Below are positions 1 to 12,599 of a DNA stretch of 64,000 nucleotides, piece after piece. The position numbers and the translations under genes were made by a program. The DNA is taken from positions 122,512,001 through 122,576,000 of the forward strand of contig OZ024740.1 of the NCBI GenBank assembly GCA_964016885.1, given 5' to 3'. The notes beneath the pieces were generated by a model that saw nothing but the letters and a program-made list of their open reading frames with translations, made no database searches and was not told the origin of the DNA. This DNA comes from Eledone cirrhosa. Its lineage: Eukaryota. Positions within the stretch are counted from its first letter, which is position 1. Each line of letters opens with the position of its first letter.

Positions 1-55
1 AAATGTAAACACTGCAACGCAGAGAAAAACATTAGCGTAACCAAATTATCAGTTA

Positions 56-310
56 TGTCTGTCTGCACGCCTATATCACCTCTCTGCACGACTGTCTGTC
101 TGCACGCCTATATCACCTCTCTGCACGACTGTCTGTCTGCACGCCTATATCAACTCTCTGCACGACTATCTGTCTGCACGCCTATATCACCTCTCTGCAC
201 GACTGTCTGTCTGCACGCCTATATCACCTCTCTGCACGACTGTCTGTCTGCACGCCTATATCACCTCTCTGCACGACTGTCTGTCTGCACGACTGTCTGT
301 CTGCACGCCT
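56..310. repeat. Minisatellite, 37-bp unit, about 6-7 copies
   Basis: Unit ctgcacgcctatatcacctct+ctgcacgactgtctgt repeated in tandem; explains the repetitive 85-aa ORF. Confidence 0.92.
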
Positions 311-606
311 AACGAAATTTACAGATACATATATTTTAAATAAACTTATATAATTTTGGCTTTTTTTTACGAAATATTTGCTTGTTTTACGTAGTCTTTA
401 AATAGACTTGTTTTCAAGTAAAAATATTGTTTTAAAAGGCTTTTAAATGGAAATGAAGCAAAACGGAAGCTTAGTGTTCGAACTGATGAATTTTGCAGGT
501 CAAAATTTTGCTGGCTCAACAACTGTTCGTGTATTGTGTTAATGTCATTTTAAACGCTGAGAAAGCCAGCGTAATTTTTTTAATTTTTGCCAGCGTAATT
601 TTATTA

Positions 607-756
607 ATTTTTGCACGCAGAAAATGTAAACAGAACGTAAGACGCTACGCTGAATGTAAACAGAACAAAGGGAAATCATTTTTTTTATTTTTGCACGCAG
701 AAAATGTAAAGAGAACGTAAGACGCTACGCTGAATGTAAACAGAACAAAGGGAAAT
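607..756. repeat. Direct duplication of ~70 bp (80-bp period) inside the Helitron-like element
   Basis: atttttgcacgcagaaaatgtaaa.agaacgtaagacgctacgctgaatgtaaacagaacaaagggaaat at 607-676 and 687-756. Confidence 0.9.
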
Positions 757-3700
757 AACTGATCACTTACGCTCAAAAATCGATACATTATATTCGATTT
801 CGTCAGATAGGGCGGGTCAATTTGAAATATTTTTTGTCCGATGTCTTCGCTAGGGCTCAATGTACAAGTATAGCAATTTCGGTGCAATTCCGTGAGAGAT
901 TCTAAGAGGAGATGTGTGCCAAAAATCGATAGACAGACAGACAACCTCAGTTTTATATATATAGATTAATTTAGATAACTTTCTGTATAGAAGAAATATA
1001 ATTGTTAATTATAGTATGGACTGATCTGAAATAAGACTGTGTTGATAGACATTATAAAAGAATGATTTTTATTTATCTCTACATTTCTTCTTGAACTGTT
1101 TACTGCTGGCTACATAACCATTAGAGTGAGCAACTTCTCTTTCCTGCAGTTTACAACACCCACTGTAGAAGAGCCATATATAAAGTCCTTATTAATATAG
1201 ATATACATCTCACTTATACACAGCAACAATAATTACTGTTTACTTGTACACAACAACACAATGCATTGATATTACAGTTTATTTTAAATTACCAAATACA
1301 CACATTTGTTTTCCTTATAGACATGTAACGAGTATTTAAAAGTTTAATAAACACTGAAATATGAACACATGCACAAACTACTGTCACAAGCCCATTGGCA
1401 GCTTAAACTTACTGCCACAAGCCTTTTTGCAAGTTTCAACCTCTCCTACAAATTCACAAACCATGCAGTTTTCAGTTAACATTCTATTTGCTCACGGCAG
1501 CAACATAGATTCAGTTATTTTCATAATATTTTGCAATTTAATTTACAATTATTGTAGTTTACAATTTTATATAACCTTAACTGTTTGCTGTTTACACATT
1601 ATTTGTGTACCACAACATTAATTTTACTGTGATTGGAACTGCCTTATCTAGTATTAACATGAGTCATATGCACCACTAGACAAATCTACCAGTTCCCCAA
1701 AATATGCTATTTTTCTACTTCATCAGCTTTAACTCAGTGACATCCAAAATGTCTTTGCATTTAAATCTTCATGTAATAATTTTTACTACTATCACTGTTG
1801 CCATTTTATTCATTAACTGATGAATGGCTTAATAATTTAAACAACCATTAAATATATGTTATACTGATTATATGAACCAGTGTGTTTATATTTACTTTGT
1901 CTGCCTTTTTTTGTATAAAACATGAATAATCTTTTATATTGCTTTTCAGTCGAACTGTTTTATTGACCAATATCTGTGAAATACATCTCCCCAGAAGTTT
2001 TTCACAGATGTTGGCTTAGGACTATACTAAGAACTTGGCTGAATAATATACAGAATAACATTACCATAAGGTGATGGAAGATGCTCAGCCCCAGGCTCCC
2101 CGCTGGCCTAAAAGCTAAAGAGAGGCAGTGGGGTGCAGGAATCATGGCATTCTTGTCAAAACTTGGATGATATCTATGAAGGAAGGTTTGGCAGGCATGA
2201 GTCTGGCATGAAAAGAGTTTTGTGACAGGTTGGAAATTTTGCATAGCTCAAAGTTCTGTTAGTATCATCATCATCATTGATTTTTATACATGATACAATT
2301 AAATACATAAGAATATAGATTTAAACTTGCTCTAAAATAGTAAGGGTATGTATGACTTTGTATGATTTAAAAAATGTTATATTGTTCATAGCTTGCTCAG
2401 TTTAAATGTAATACATTTGTAGCTGGCTATTTCAAAGTTTAACAGCACATTGCAAACAATAACATTCTATATTTGGTTGTTTTGTTGTTGCTTAATACCA
2501 GATCAACTTTGTTTGAATAATACTATGATGAAAATACATATGTTTGTGTAGCAGACTCTAAACTATTCAATGAATGCACTTTGTAAGACAGTAAGCTTAG
2601 TATTACAGCTGCTATTTTTAAGATGTTACCATGTAAAAGCTTCTTTGGTTTTTATAACAAAAATTAGCTCAACTTAATTTCTTGTTATACACTTAATTGC
2701 TCTAAGATAAGTGGTACATCAGTACAGGTCAGATTTGGTTTAATAAACATTCTTGCCTTATGAAGTTTTGCACCATTTGGGATTCAATCTCTGCTATTCT
2801 TCTGAAAAGTGTCTCAGCTATATGATAAGAAATTTCAAACAAATATGTCAATATTATTTGATTATTTTAATTGGCATAACATTAACAATCAATTTATGGC
2901 AATGAACTAAGTGCACTTCTTTGATGTTTTATCTAATGTTATCTAAGAGAATAACTTTCTGCCACTAGTTTTGGAGACTCTGCAAATGTTCATAGTTGCT
3001 AACCAGCCTCATTTGACTAAACTATGAAGAAAAAAGAGTGTTTCATTAAAACCTCCCTCTTTCCCTCTCTCACCAGCATTTATTTTGTCACGAGGCAAAT
3101 ATGAAAAGAGTTCATATCACAATTATCTTGTCAAAGACAAGTTTAACAGATCAGAATATCAGATATCTACTCTGAACTGTAAGATGTACACAATTTATAT
3201 GGTTAACACAACATGAATGTTTCTTAAGACCTGCATATCAGTAACACTTCATTACAACGGAATAACAATATTTAATGAATTTGATGTAAACATTAAATGT
3301 AATTGTAAAGATCTGCACAATGTTATCTTTTTCATTTTTCTAAAGATTGAATTTTAAACAATATTACAAACAAGATTCATATCCATGAAGAATTTGTGAA
3401 AGTTATGACAGTTTATCTAAGTTAAAGAGCATATCATTCTACTGTTCCGTAATATCATTCAAACTTTATCTTGGATTTCACAATTAATCTCTGTTCAGGG
3501 AAATTTCTTTTAGCAAAATCATCATCCAAATTCCAACATTATTTTTTGGACAATGCTTCTTGGCTGTATTTTCCTCTATATAGTTATTCGATTCAATACT
3601 TGTTCTGGAATTCCTCTTTCACTGCATCTTCAAATGTAACATATATATTGCTATCATACATCCCCATGATGGATGATACTGTGAGCTTTCCACATATGTC

Positions 3701-6410
3701 TAATTTATTGATGCAAAAGTCCCATCTTATATGTATAATCTACTGAGTGACATTTTTATGAATGAGTTCAATTTCCCTTAGATTCCCTTGGTAGTTCTTC
3801 ATTTTTTACAATCTGAAAAAAGTGAAAAATGCATCTCCACTTTTTCTTTTCTCCACTTGCCACGTATTTCTTATCTCTTTTATCATTTATCTGTCTCTAC
3901 CTCTTCCCCATTGTCAGTATTATTATGCTTCTCCTTCATTATATACATATATGTATGTTTATAGATATATGTATATATATTACCCATTACCAGCTCCTGG
4001 GCTATCTTAATTTGTTCACCTCATTTTTATCACTTCACTCCTCATTTTGCTTATACAAAATTCAAAATACTTGCTAAAATATAGTTGATGAATTGTCCCC
4101 ATGTGAAAATCTTCAGGAATCATCATCCTTGTCATCATAATCATCATCACCATTTTCTTTATCATTTTATATTTGATTTCCATGTAGTCATGTATCAGAT
4201 GTGCTGTTTTATTGGAGTTAGTTCTTATTTCAGGTTATTGCCCTCTAAGAGATGAGGCAGTCACATCTTACTTTATACATTCCAATTTTATACCTGGTTT
4301 CTCTTGCTGTATACTCTTAATGATAGCAATCATCTAACAGTGTACTGGCTGCATTTTATTGTAGCACATGCACTGGAGAGTTTTAGTCCTCAACAAGACA
4401 AAAGAGCTCATCCTACTTTGTTGTGTCACTATTCTTTCAAGATAAGAGTATCATTTGAAAGAGAATGCTAGCTAAGAGATTAAATGATGAAAACTTATGA
4501 ATATGAGTGTGAAGGTGAAATGGATGATAGGATGACAGGTGAGGACATTAATAGTTACAAGTTGGCTGTTGGTAGGAGAGAGCTGATGCTGGATTGCAAG
4601 CATGATGTGTGATAGTAAGAGTACTGGGTAGCAATGAAGAATATTGGGAGGAAGAAAGAGAGAGTAAGATTATGAAAGTAAGTTGGAAAACCATGATATA
4701 TTGGTAGAAGTGGATGGATAACGGTAGCTACAGATGGGTAGTTGGCAGAAGAAATATGATTTTGTGTGGAGGATAACAGTTAAGTCTTATATGGATGGAA
4801 AAATGATGGCATAGGTATTATATAAACTTGGGCAATGGGAGGAAAAGAGAGAATGGTGTTAACAAAGAGTGAATATGGTCCTTGTAATGATGAGGGAACT
4901 TGTCCCATCATTGTTTAGATGAGTGGTAATTTGGTGTGTTTTCAGTCATAGAACACTATATGTATCAGTGAGACATGATCTCTATCTTGCCTAAAAGAGC
5001 AATAAGTTTTAAGAATATTCTCAGTCTATAACAACTAACCCATGCAAGCATGGAAGTGGAATGCACAATGATGAAAATGAATGTATTAATTTATGAAATT
5101 CCCTGTCTTCTCTGTAGACTTATTAGACATTTACCATGTTCTTCAGTAAAACAGTACAGTAGGAATTATCATTATAACAAACAAACTATATTTGAATCAA
5201 TAGTGTGTTCAATTTAAAATTATTTTATTCATAGTCAACATTGAAAGTAGTTATTGAATTCAGATGAGGTGAAAAGTTGAAGTGTTATGAAGAACATTTC
5301 TGTCACCCTAAAGGCTGGCAATCTTATCACAACATTTTCAAATTTTAGATCTTCCCTGTGAAAATCTCTGTCTTGTCCATTTAGAAATCACCCACTCTCT
5401 TTTATTTACTAATTTATTTATTTATTTTATTCCAGTTATTGTCATTTCTTTGTATGTGAGTGTGTGTACAACAGAATACATACATAATATATTGAATGAA
5501 AATTGTTTTAAATCTTAAACTTCTGTAAAATACTATTCCTCTCAAAATACAATGTCTTGTAGATATTGCCATTGAGAGGTATAGTTATATATAAGGCAGA
5601 TAGCTACTAAGTGGATGTTACATTTAGTGATGAAACAATTGTATTAATTTAAATTTATACTGCAAGAATGTGGGTTTAAAAAGAAGAATATTGTAGGCTT
5701 GTGCCTGAATTCTGAAACTTCATGAAAAAGAGTGGAGCAGTATCTCTATGGGATTATATGGCTTATAAATGTATTTGCAAGTTAGTATTCATTGATGACA
5801 TGATGGATGAAATTTAACATATTGATATTTTTACCAATAATTTATTTCAGGAAGCAGCCATAAGAGACTAAGATAAATAAGCTAATGAAGTACCAGCTGC
5901 TCTTATACCTTTCATACTGAACCGATAACAAGGAAAATATATTGCATTCTGGGCCTCCAGCTCACATGTTTAATTAGTTTGATTGATATACAGTTGGCCA
6001 GATGAAAGAAAGTGCACTGCAACGTAGACTGACTGCATTTGTCATTTTCTATGTAAGGACAATGACATATTTGCATGGTCCACTAATTTCCTCATTTATT
6101 TTTTCATGAAATAAAAATGTGTCATATAATGAATAAAAATGAGTTTGGTGTTTACAAAATTGAATGTCTAAATAAAAAAAAAATGAATTTCAATCTACTA
6201 GAAAGTTTAATTTCTTTTAAATTACAAGATAATGACCCAATCCACTCTTCCTCGTACACTCATGTCTATTTTCATTTCAGACAGATAAATATATCTCTCT
6301 GGCCTTAGCAATCATTTGATTTGAACCCCATTGAAAACTTATTTACAATTTTGAAAATTAAATTAAAGTGAAAGGAGTGTAAAATTGTGCTTGAATTAAA
6401 AACATCATTG

Positions 6411-6980
6411 ACTGTATAACAAAGTGCAGGGCAATAAAGATAGACGGTAGCCACGGAATAGGCAGACCTAGAAAAACCTGGGACGAGCTGATAAACTCCG
6501 ACCTCACGCACTTACACCTCTCCAAGACAATGTCACTGGACCGAGACCTTTGGCGGTACTCAGTAATAGAGAAGACCCGCCTTACCTAAATACATAGTAA
6601 AACCTACTACAGTCAGTAGGCATCTCTAACAAAATACACCCCCGCCCCATCACCCCCACCCCATCCACACCGCCCCCTTCTATGTAAAGTTATGTTGGTG
6701 CCACACCATCCAGGCCGAAACAAATGAGATCGTGTAGGTGTCACGACAAAAAAACACACAGTCCACGCTGTAATGTGGCCGTGTAGGCAACACGGTAAAA
6801 ACCTCCCAGACCCACACTGTAAATGTGGTTGGTGTTAGGAAGGGCATCCAACTGTAGAAAACCTGCCAGACAGTCCTATGCGAGCAAGGCAATCACTCTT
6901 GCCTCAAGTGGGAAAACCCCCGTCCAAACCCATGCAAGCGTGGAACACGGACGTTAAACGTTGATGATGATGATGATGAT
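6411..6980 (+). mobile_element. 5'-truncated RTE LINE (ORF C-terminus, 3' UTR, (GAT)n tail); same family as 56947-58650
   Basis: Near-identical by eye to the reverse complement of 56947-57500; encodes ...GRPRKTWDELINSDL..; ends aaacgttgatgatgatgat. Confidence 0.9.
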
Positions 6981-7424
6981 TGAATAATATATGGCAGAGA
7001 TAAGTGAAGAAATAGGTGAAAGGCTCGTATCATCTGTAAGAAAAGATATAAATGAGTTAAAGAAGATCACATCAAGAATTAATTAAACATATTACTTTAA
7101 TCAGAAAACAAATTATTGTGTATTTCTATACTTATTTATATTTTTATTAGTGTTTTCTAAACAATATTTTACTTATTTATTTGAACTCTTCTTACAAAAA
7201 CAAAAAGATCTAATTTTTCTTTTTCTTTATTTACATGCTGTACATTAATAACTGTAAATGAATTAGAAAGCATAAAGCATTCTCTCAACTTCCCATCTGA
7301 GTTTTGTCTGTTTGATATGCTTAGTTATATTTCATAACATTTTAAGATTTTATATTTAAAATTTATGATTAAAAGTACATTTTTCACATTTAAAAAATAT
7401 AATAATATTATTTTTGTGAAGGGT

Positions 7425-7640
7425 GTTGTATTGGCAGTAATGTTAGAGCATCAGACAACCTGCTCTGTGACATATAGTTATGGTTTTGTATGTCTGATGT
7501 CAAATCCTGCCGATGTTAACTTTGCCTTTCATCCTTACAATGTCAGTAAAATAAAACACTAGTATTGCACTGGGGTTGATTCAATCAACTTCTCCATCCT
7601 CCAAAATTCTTAGCCTTGTGCCTAAACCAGAAACCATTAT
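7425..7640 (+). mobile_element. tRNA-derived SINE (family A), diverged
   Basis: ttggcag..tgttagagc head, box-B-like tgtcaaatcc, central aactttgcctttcatcct, end ccttgtgcctaaaccagaaaccattatt; matches 23563-23740. Confidence 0.75.
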
Positions 7641-8433
7641 TTTTGCAATGACTCTAGCTACATCGATTGCAATTACGTTTTATATCGTTTCAATATTATT
7701 TTTCATAATTTCTAGTGGTAAGGTTTTGGTTTCAGTATTAAGAGTTTAACTTTATGGGAAATATTTAGTTCAAATTTATTGTCATCTTTGCCCATCCAGT
7801 TTCTAATTATATGGTGGAGGTGGTATAAGTATGTATCAAACATCCTGCTGATTACACTGCCAAACAAATCTGCATTATATGTTTCTACCTATTACTCAAT
7901 ACTCTAGAACAGTCATGGGCAAACTGCAGCCTGCAAGACAGGTGCAGTCTGTTTGGCTTTCTGAATGGCATGCCTAATTTCAGAACTGCCTTCAAATATT
8001 TTAGTAGTGCAGCCTGCCTTAAAAAGAGCCACATCATATGCAGCCCACTGCTCGAAAAGTATTGTTCACGAAAAGACATGGAATTTATAATCATTATCTC
8101 TGCATCTTTAATACTACTACTAGGATCACCAATAAACCATAACACATTGCCATTATCATTGTTATTACCTCTGAGTTTGAACCCCACCAAGGTCAACTTT
8201 ACCATTCTTCTTTCCAGTGTCAATAAATACAGTATGGGTCGATGTAAAAGAATTACCCCACCTCCCCCTAAAAAAGAGTTTACTGGTCTAAATCAGAAAC
8301 AAATATTAATCCTTGTTTTCTTCTGATTTTTTAGAGGCATCTAAAGCATTAAAACTCTCTTATTGTTACATAAGACACTTCACATACTTGAAAATATATC
8401 ACCATTTCAATATTTATTTATATTTTCATTAAT

Positions 8434-9330
8434 CTTCTTCTTCTTCTTCTTCTTCTTCTTCTTCTTCTTCTTCTTTTTCTTCTTCTTCAACCACTTATTC
8501 CTGTGAGGGTTGTGGGGGCAGAGTCCTCAAATACTCCCTCCATTGGGCTGTGTCAGATGCAACCATCTCCAACTGATTCGGCTTGATCCCCAAGCATGAC
8601 CAGCCAAGCTCATTGATATTATCCAACTATCTAGCTAAGGATCTACCCCTGGGTCTTTTGCTGGTTGGTTTTGCCCGTAAAATCTGTCCAGCAACTTTTT
8701 CCTGAGACATTCTAACACCATGCTCATAGTATCAGAGCTGTGATCTCTCAATTTGGAAAAGTAGTGGCTCTACACGGAGTGACTCGCTGATCTCTGAGCT
8801 ATGCACTTTATAAAGTAATGTTACTCCAAAGACCCTTCAGAGGAATCCCATTTTTGCTGCTTGTATTTGTGATCATATTCTGTTGGTCATTACCTATGAT
8901 TCATGACTTGAGGCAAGGGTTGGCATGAAAACCAAATTGAAGATAGTGAGTTTGGCTTTTACCCCTAATCCCTTTCTTCTGATTACTGAATGCTGAAGCT
9001 GGCATATTACTGCACCAGCTTTTGCAATTCTTGCACTTATTTCCACCTCCTACCTTCCATCACTCCTGAACACAGCCCCGATATACTTCAACATCTCTAC
9101 CAGCTTCAGTGGAACTCCATTCATATCTAGAGTGCATTGCTCAGGCTTACTTGAGAACACAAGTGTCTCAGTTTTCGCAGCACTGATTTTCATTCCAGCC
9201 ATGCAACACTTGGTATCAAACCTATAAAGTGCAAGTCATAGCTCATCTTCTGTTGAGTTAAGTAACATCATGTCAACTGCAAATTCCAGGTGACTAATAC
9301 CCGCCAGACATGATACAACTTCCAATGGCT
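8434..9330 (-). mobile_element. Decayed RTE (Expander/Rex3-like) LINE 3' portion with (GAA)n tail
   Basis: (CTT)n at 8434-8488 is the tail. Minus strand gives broken RT C-terminal motifs (MKIS.AKTE, KYIGAVF.SDGR.EVEI). Same family at 22352, 31905 and 59745. Confidence 0.8.
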
Positions 9331-9577
9331 GCGTATGTCGATCCTGTTCTTTAATGTTTATTGTTTTGTTTTTTAATATTTACTAAAAGTAACTGGAATA
9401 TTTACCTGGAATATTTACCATATTTACCAGTTATGTAAAGATGGAAAGATTCATTCTTAATTTGAGAGAGAAACTTTCAGAAAATTACAGGTTGTATTTC
9501 AGAAAACATATAGCCATGTTACAAAATAGAGATAAACTTGGTAACTTTAAAACGTTCCCCTTAATTCTACAAAAAGT

Positions 9578-9830
9578 GTGTAGCCTAGTGGTAAGGATGT
9601 TAGACTTATGATCATAATGTTGTCGGTTTTCTTCCTTGACTGGTTTGTGTGTTGTGTTCATGAGAAAAACACTTCCTTTCACAATGAGTTTCAGCAGTAG
9701 CTGGGCATTTAACACTGTGATGGACTGTTGTCCTGTCCAGGGTGATGCCTTCTCCTCTCAGTCACTCCACCCCAACGAAACTGGGATAAACACTTGCCTG
9801 AGGAGCCTCTGGGCTCGAGATAGACTTTTA
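9578..9830 (+). mobile_element. tRNA-derived SINE (family B, CORE-like centre), diverged
   Basis: gtgtagcctagtggtaagg box-A head, then gttgtgttcatgagaaaaacactt...cac CORE-like block. Confidence 0.6.
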
Positions 9831-10399
9831 AAAATATGAACAGTAAAATTGACCACGATAAAATTTAAACTCGAACGTTTACAAATAAAATAAAACAATT
9901 TCTCCACTGCTCTTAAGATTCTTCCAAATCATGTCCTCACAATAACTTATCAAAAAAACTTCATCTAATATTGGTTTGAAAGTTTCTGATGTAGAAGCAA
10001 TTATAAATTATATAAATTATATAAATCAAGTATTCTAAGAATGACATATTTTAAATTCCTGTTAGACAATAACATCCTTCAGGAGACAAAAATGCTTTAT
10101 CTATTTAAATTTGGTTTCAACATCATATTTTTTTCGATTGGGATTTTCCTCACTTGCTTACATTAAATGCAAAAACAAAAATAAGCAGAGCATTTAAAAG
10201 GAAATGAAGACATGTTTCATTTCTGAATTTGTTTAGCAAGATTCTTTATCTGAAAACGTGTGTTGAAACCAATACTGTTATACTTTGGGAGGGTCTGTTG
10301 CCAATAAGAAACACACGCACCAGTTGCTTTCACACCAATTTATTATAAATTAAATTTATAAGTTAAATTTATAAATTTAAGAAATTTGTAAATTTCCGG

Positions 10400-11520
10400 T
10401 TGGTTGGTTGGTTCCACAACCGGACGGTTGTTCATATATTGTCGAAGTTCTTTCGTCACACAGTATGTGACCTCTACAGTGACTGGGTATTTTTTTCTTT
10501 GTTTTGTGCCTCTCCTTTGTTCGGTCCTACGCCATCTTGTTTTTGTGTGATTAGTTTGCTTAGTTTGCGCATGTGTTACATCCGGGTGTCTGTGTGTTTT
10601 TTATTTGTTTATTTATTTGTTTATTTAGGTGTTACCTGTTGGTTGTTTGTTCTATGTGTGTGTGTTTTCATTTTGTCCTTAGTTGTAAGTTGTGATGTTG
10701 CTATTCCATTCATGTTTTCTATTTAATTTTGGATGGAGTTCATTTATGTTTATTGCCTCTGTGATTTGTCTAAACATTGCGTCTTTTTTTTGTGTAGATT
10801 TTATTTTTATTTTTATGTTGTCTAATTTGCCCTTGTGTTCTAATTTAGCATGTTGGTGGAGTACAGATGATTATTTTCTATCTTGAAGCTCTTGCCAGTG
10901 TTCATTTAATCATTCTCCTATACTACGAGCTGTTTCACCTATGTACAATATATTCTTATCTTTACATTGTCCCTCAGTACATCTTATGCTATATACTATG
11001 TTTCTAGTTTTACAGTTAATATGGGGGCTTAGTTTACAGATTATGCATTTCTGATCTATACAGGGAGGTTTTTGAAAAGGGTATAAGTGTTTTTATGGAG
11101 TACCTGGTCTTTCCAATATCTTAATATTTAGTTTAAGTTTATCTAGGGCCCTTCTAAATTAGTAAGCTAGTTCACCTCTAGGGGTTGTATTGATGAACAT
11201 TACACTCTGGTATTTATTGGTATCATACAATGAGTTTATTCTATTAACCTTATTCCTAGTTGTTTCTTTTCTATTCCAAAATGTGCTCCTAAACAAGGGG
11301 CAGGTGCCATTTGTATAATTATTTACCATTTTTTCATTTGGGTCTGGCTCCTCTATATACTCTGATTTTGTCTCTCTGATTGCAGCCAGAGAACTGCATA
11401 CAGTGGATGAAGTGTTCTATGTGTCTCTCTAGTTCCTTGGGGTTGCACATGCGGGACACATTCCTCATCACCCGTACTAAATCTGCAATCAGTATGTTGA
11501 TTTTGGTGTGATCCAAAATA
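10400..11520 (-). mobile_element. Penelope-like element 3' fragment (RT thumb, GIY-YIG relic, terminal repeat)
   Basis: ORF 11334-11516 KINILIADLVRVMRNVSRMC...HFIHCMQFSG resembles a PLE RT thumb. Broken frames downstream give CKTRNIVYSIRC and YIGETARS (GIY-YIG). Confidence 0.7.
10441..10483 (-). ncRNA. Decayed type I hammerhead ribozyme motif
   Basis: Minus: gtca CTGTAGA g gtcaca-tactg-tgtgac GAAA gaacttc gac. Perfect 6-bp stem II and GAAA, but core A6 is changed. Lies at the 3' end of a PLE. Confidence 0.4.
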
Positions 11521-12370
11521 GCTAATGATATGTTTATATCACATATATAATATATATCATATATATAAAAGATATGTTTATATCACATATATCCAATTCT
11601 AGAAAATGACATTAAAATAAAAAAAAGAACACCGAGTTAACAGTAACTATGCTATATTTATTAAATTTAAAAAGTAGCTACTTAACAATTTTCTGTAGTT
11701 TAATTTATTAGTATTTGTAGAGTGAAATGTATGAATTCATTTGTTTTAATTGTCTGTACAAAGGGCAACTAAATCTATTTATTTGTTCTAAAGTGGAATG
11801 TGAATAAAAAAATGTTTGGAAACCACTTGTATAAATGTATGTCAGAAGTGGAGGTTTCCTACTCAATAAACAATATCATCATTTACAGAATATCAACAGA
11901 AAGGAATACAAATACTTGGGTTCAGTCCTCATATTTAAATGCAATGCACTTGCTTTTTATTCAGTTCAGATTGTTGGAACGATATCCTGAATCAACTTAG
12001 TTCCCAGAACAGAGAAGATTAAAATTAATCCTCTAAGCATTTTTAATGACAGTAGGGTATGATCCTTTAGCAAGTTGTGTATAATGAATAAACTATGGAA
12101 AGCAAAATTGATCTTCTGGCTTAGTACACAATTTACCAATATAATAAAGGTAAGCCCTACTGGCTTGCACTATGGTTTATAGTGATTATTTTCTTTGGTG
12201 GAACACCAAATACAATGTTAAAAGAGCAGAGCATTATAGCTAAATGACTCAGCCTTCATATATTTCAGGCATTGTATTGATCTAAGAAGGTTAAATTTAT
12301 TTATAACTAAAATCACTACCTACTATATATAGCAAATCTAATTCTATTCTCAATTTTTTTCTCAAATTCA

Positions 12371-12585
12371 ATAATAATAATAATAATGGTTTCTGATTTA
12401 GGCACAAGGCCAGCAATTTGGGGAGAGAGGAAAGTTGATTGAAATGAAACCTGTGTATTACTGGTACATTATTTTATTGACCCTGTAAGAATGAAAGGCA
12501 AAGCTAACCAGGCAGGATTTGAACTCAGAATGTAAAGGGTCATAACTCTATACTGCAAAGCATGGTGTCTTATATGCTCTACTAT
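12371..12585 (-). mobile_element. SINE family A
   Basis: Reverse complement of the family A consensus (ggcacaaggccagcaat...gaatgaaaggcaaag...ggatttgaactcagaa) with (TAA)n tail. Confidence 0.8.
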
Positions 12586-12599
12586 GATAATAATCATTA

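Larger units (their letters stand above)
1..965 (-). mobile_element. Non-autonomous Helitron-like element, 5' part (runs off the window start)
   Basis: Minus strand begins A|TCTATATATATAAAACTGAGGTTGTCTGTCTGTCT: 5'-TC after host A, followed by a short (GTCT)n, typical of invertebrate non-autonomous Helitrons. Shares aaaat.tttc.aat.gaccc with the complete element at 36924. The 3' CTAG end is not visible. Confidence 0.6.

Noticed and set aside
55-312. 85-aa Cys/His-rich ORF, or a CRISPR-like array
   Set aside because: Pure tandem 37-bp minisatellite with no unique spacers.
11955-12060. Plus-strand exon after ttgctttttattcag
   Set aside because: Stop codons in all three frames before the next plausible donor.
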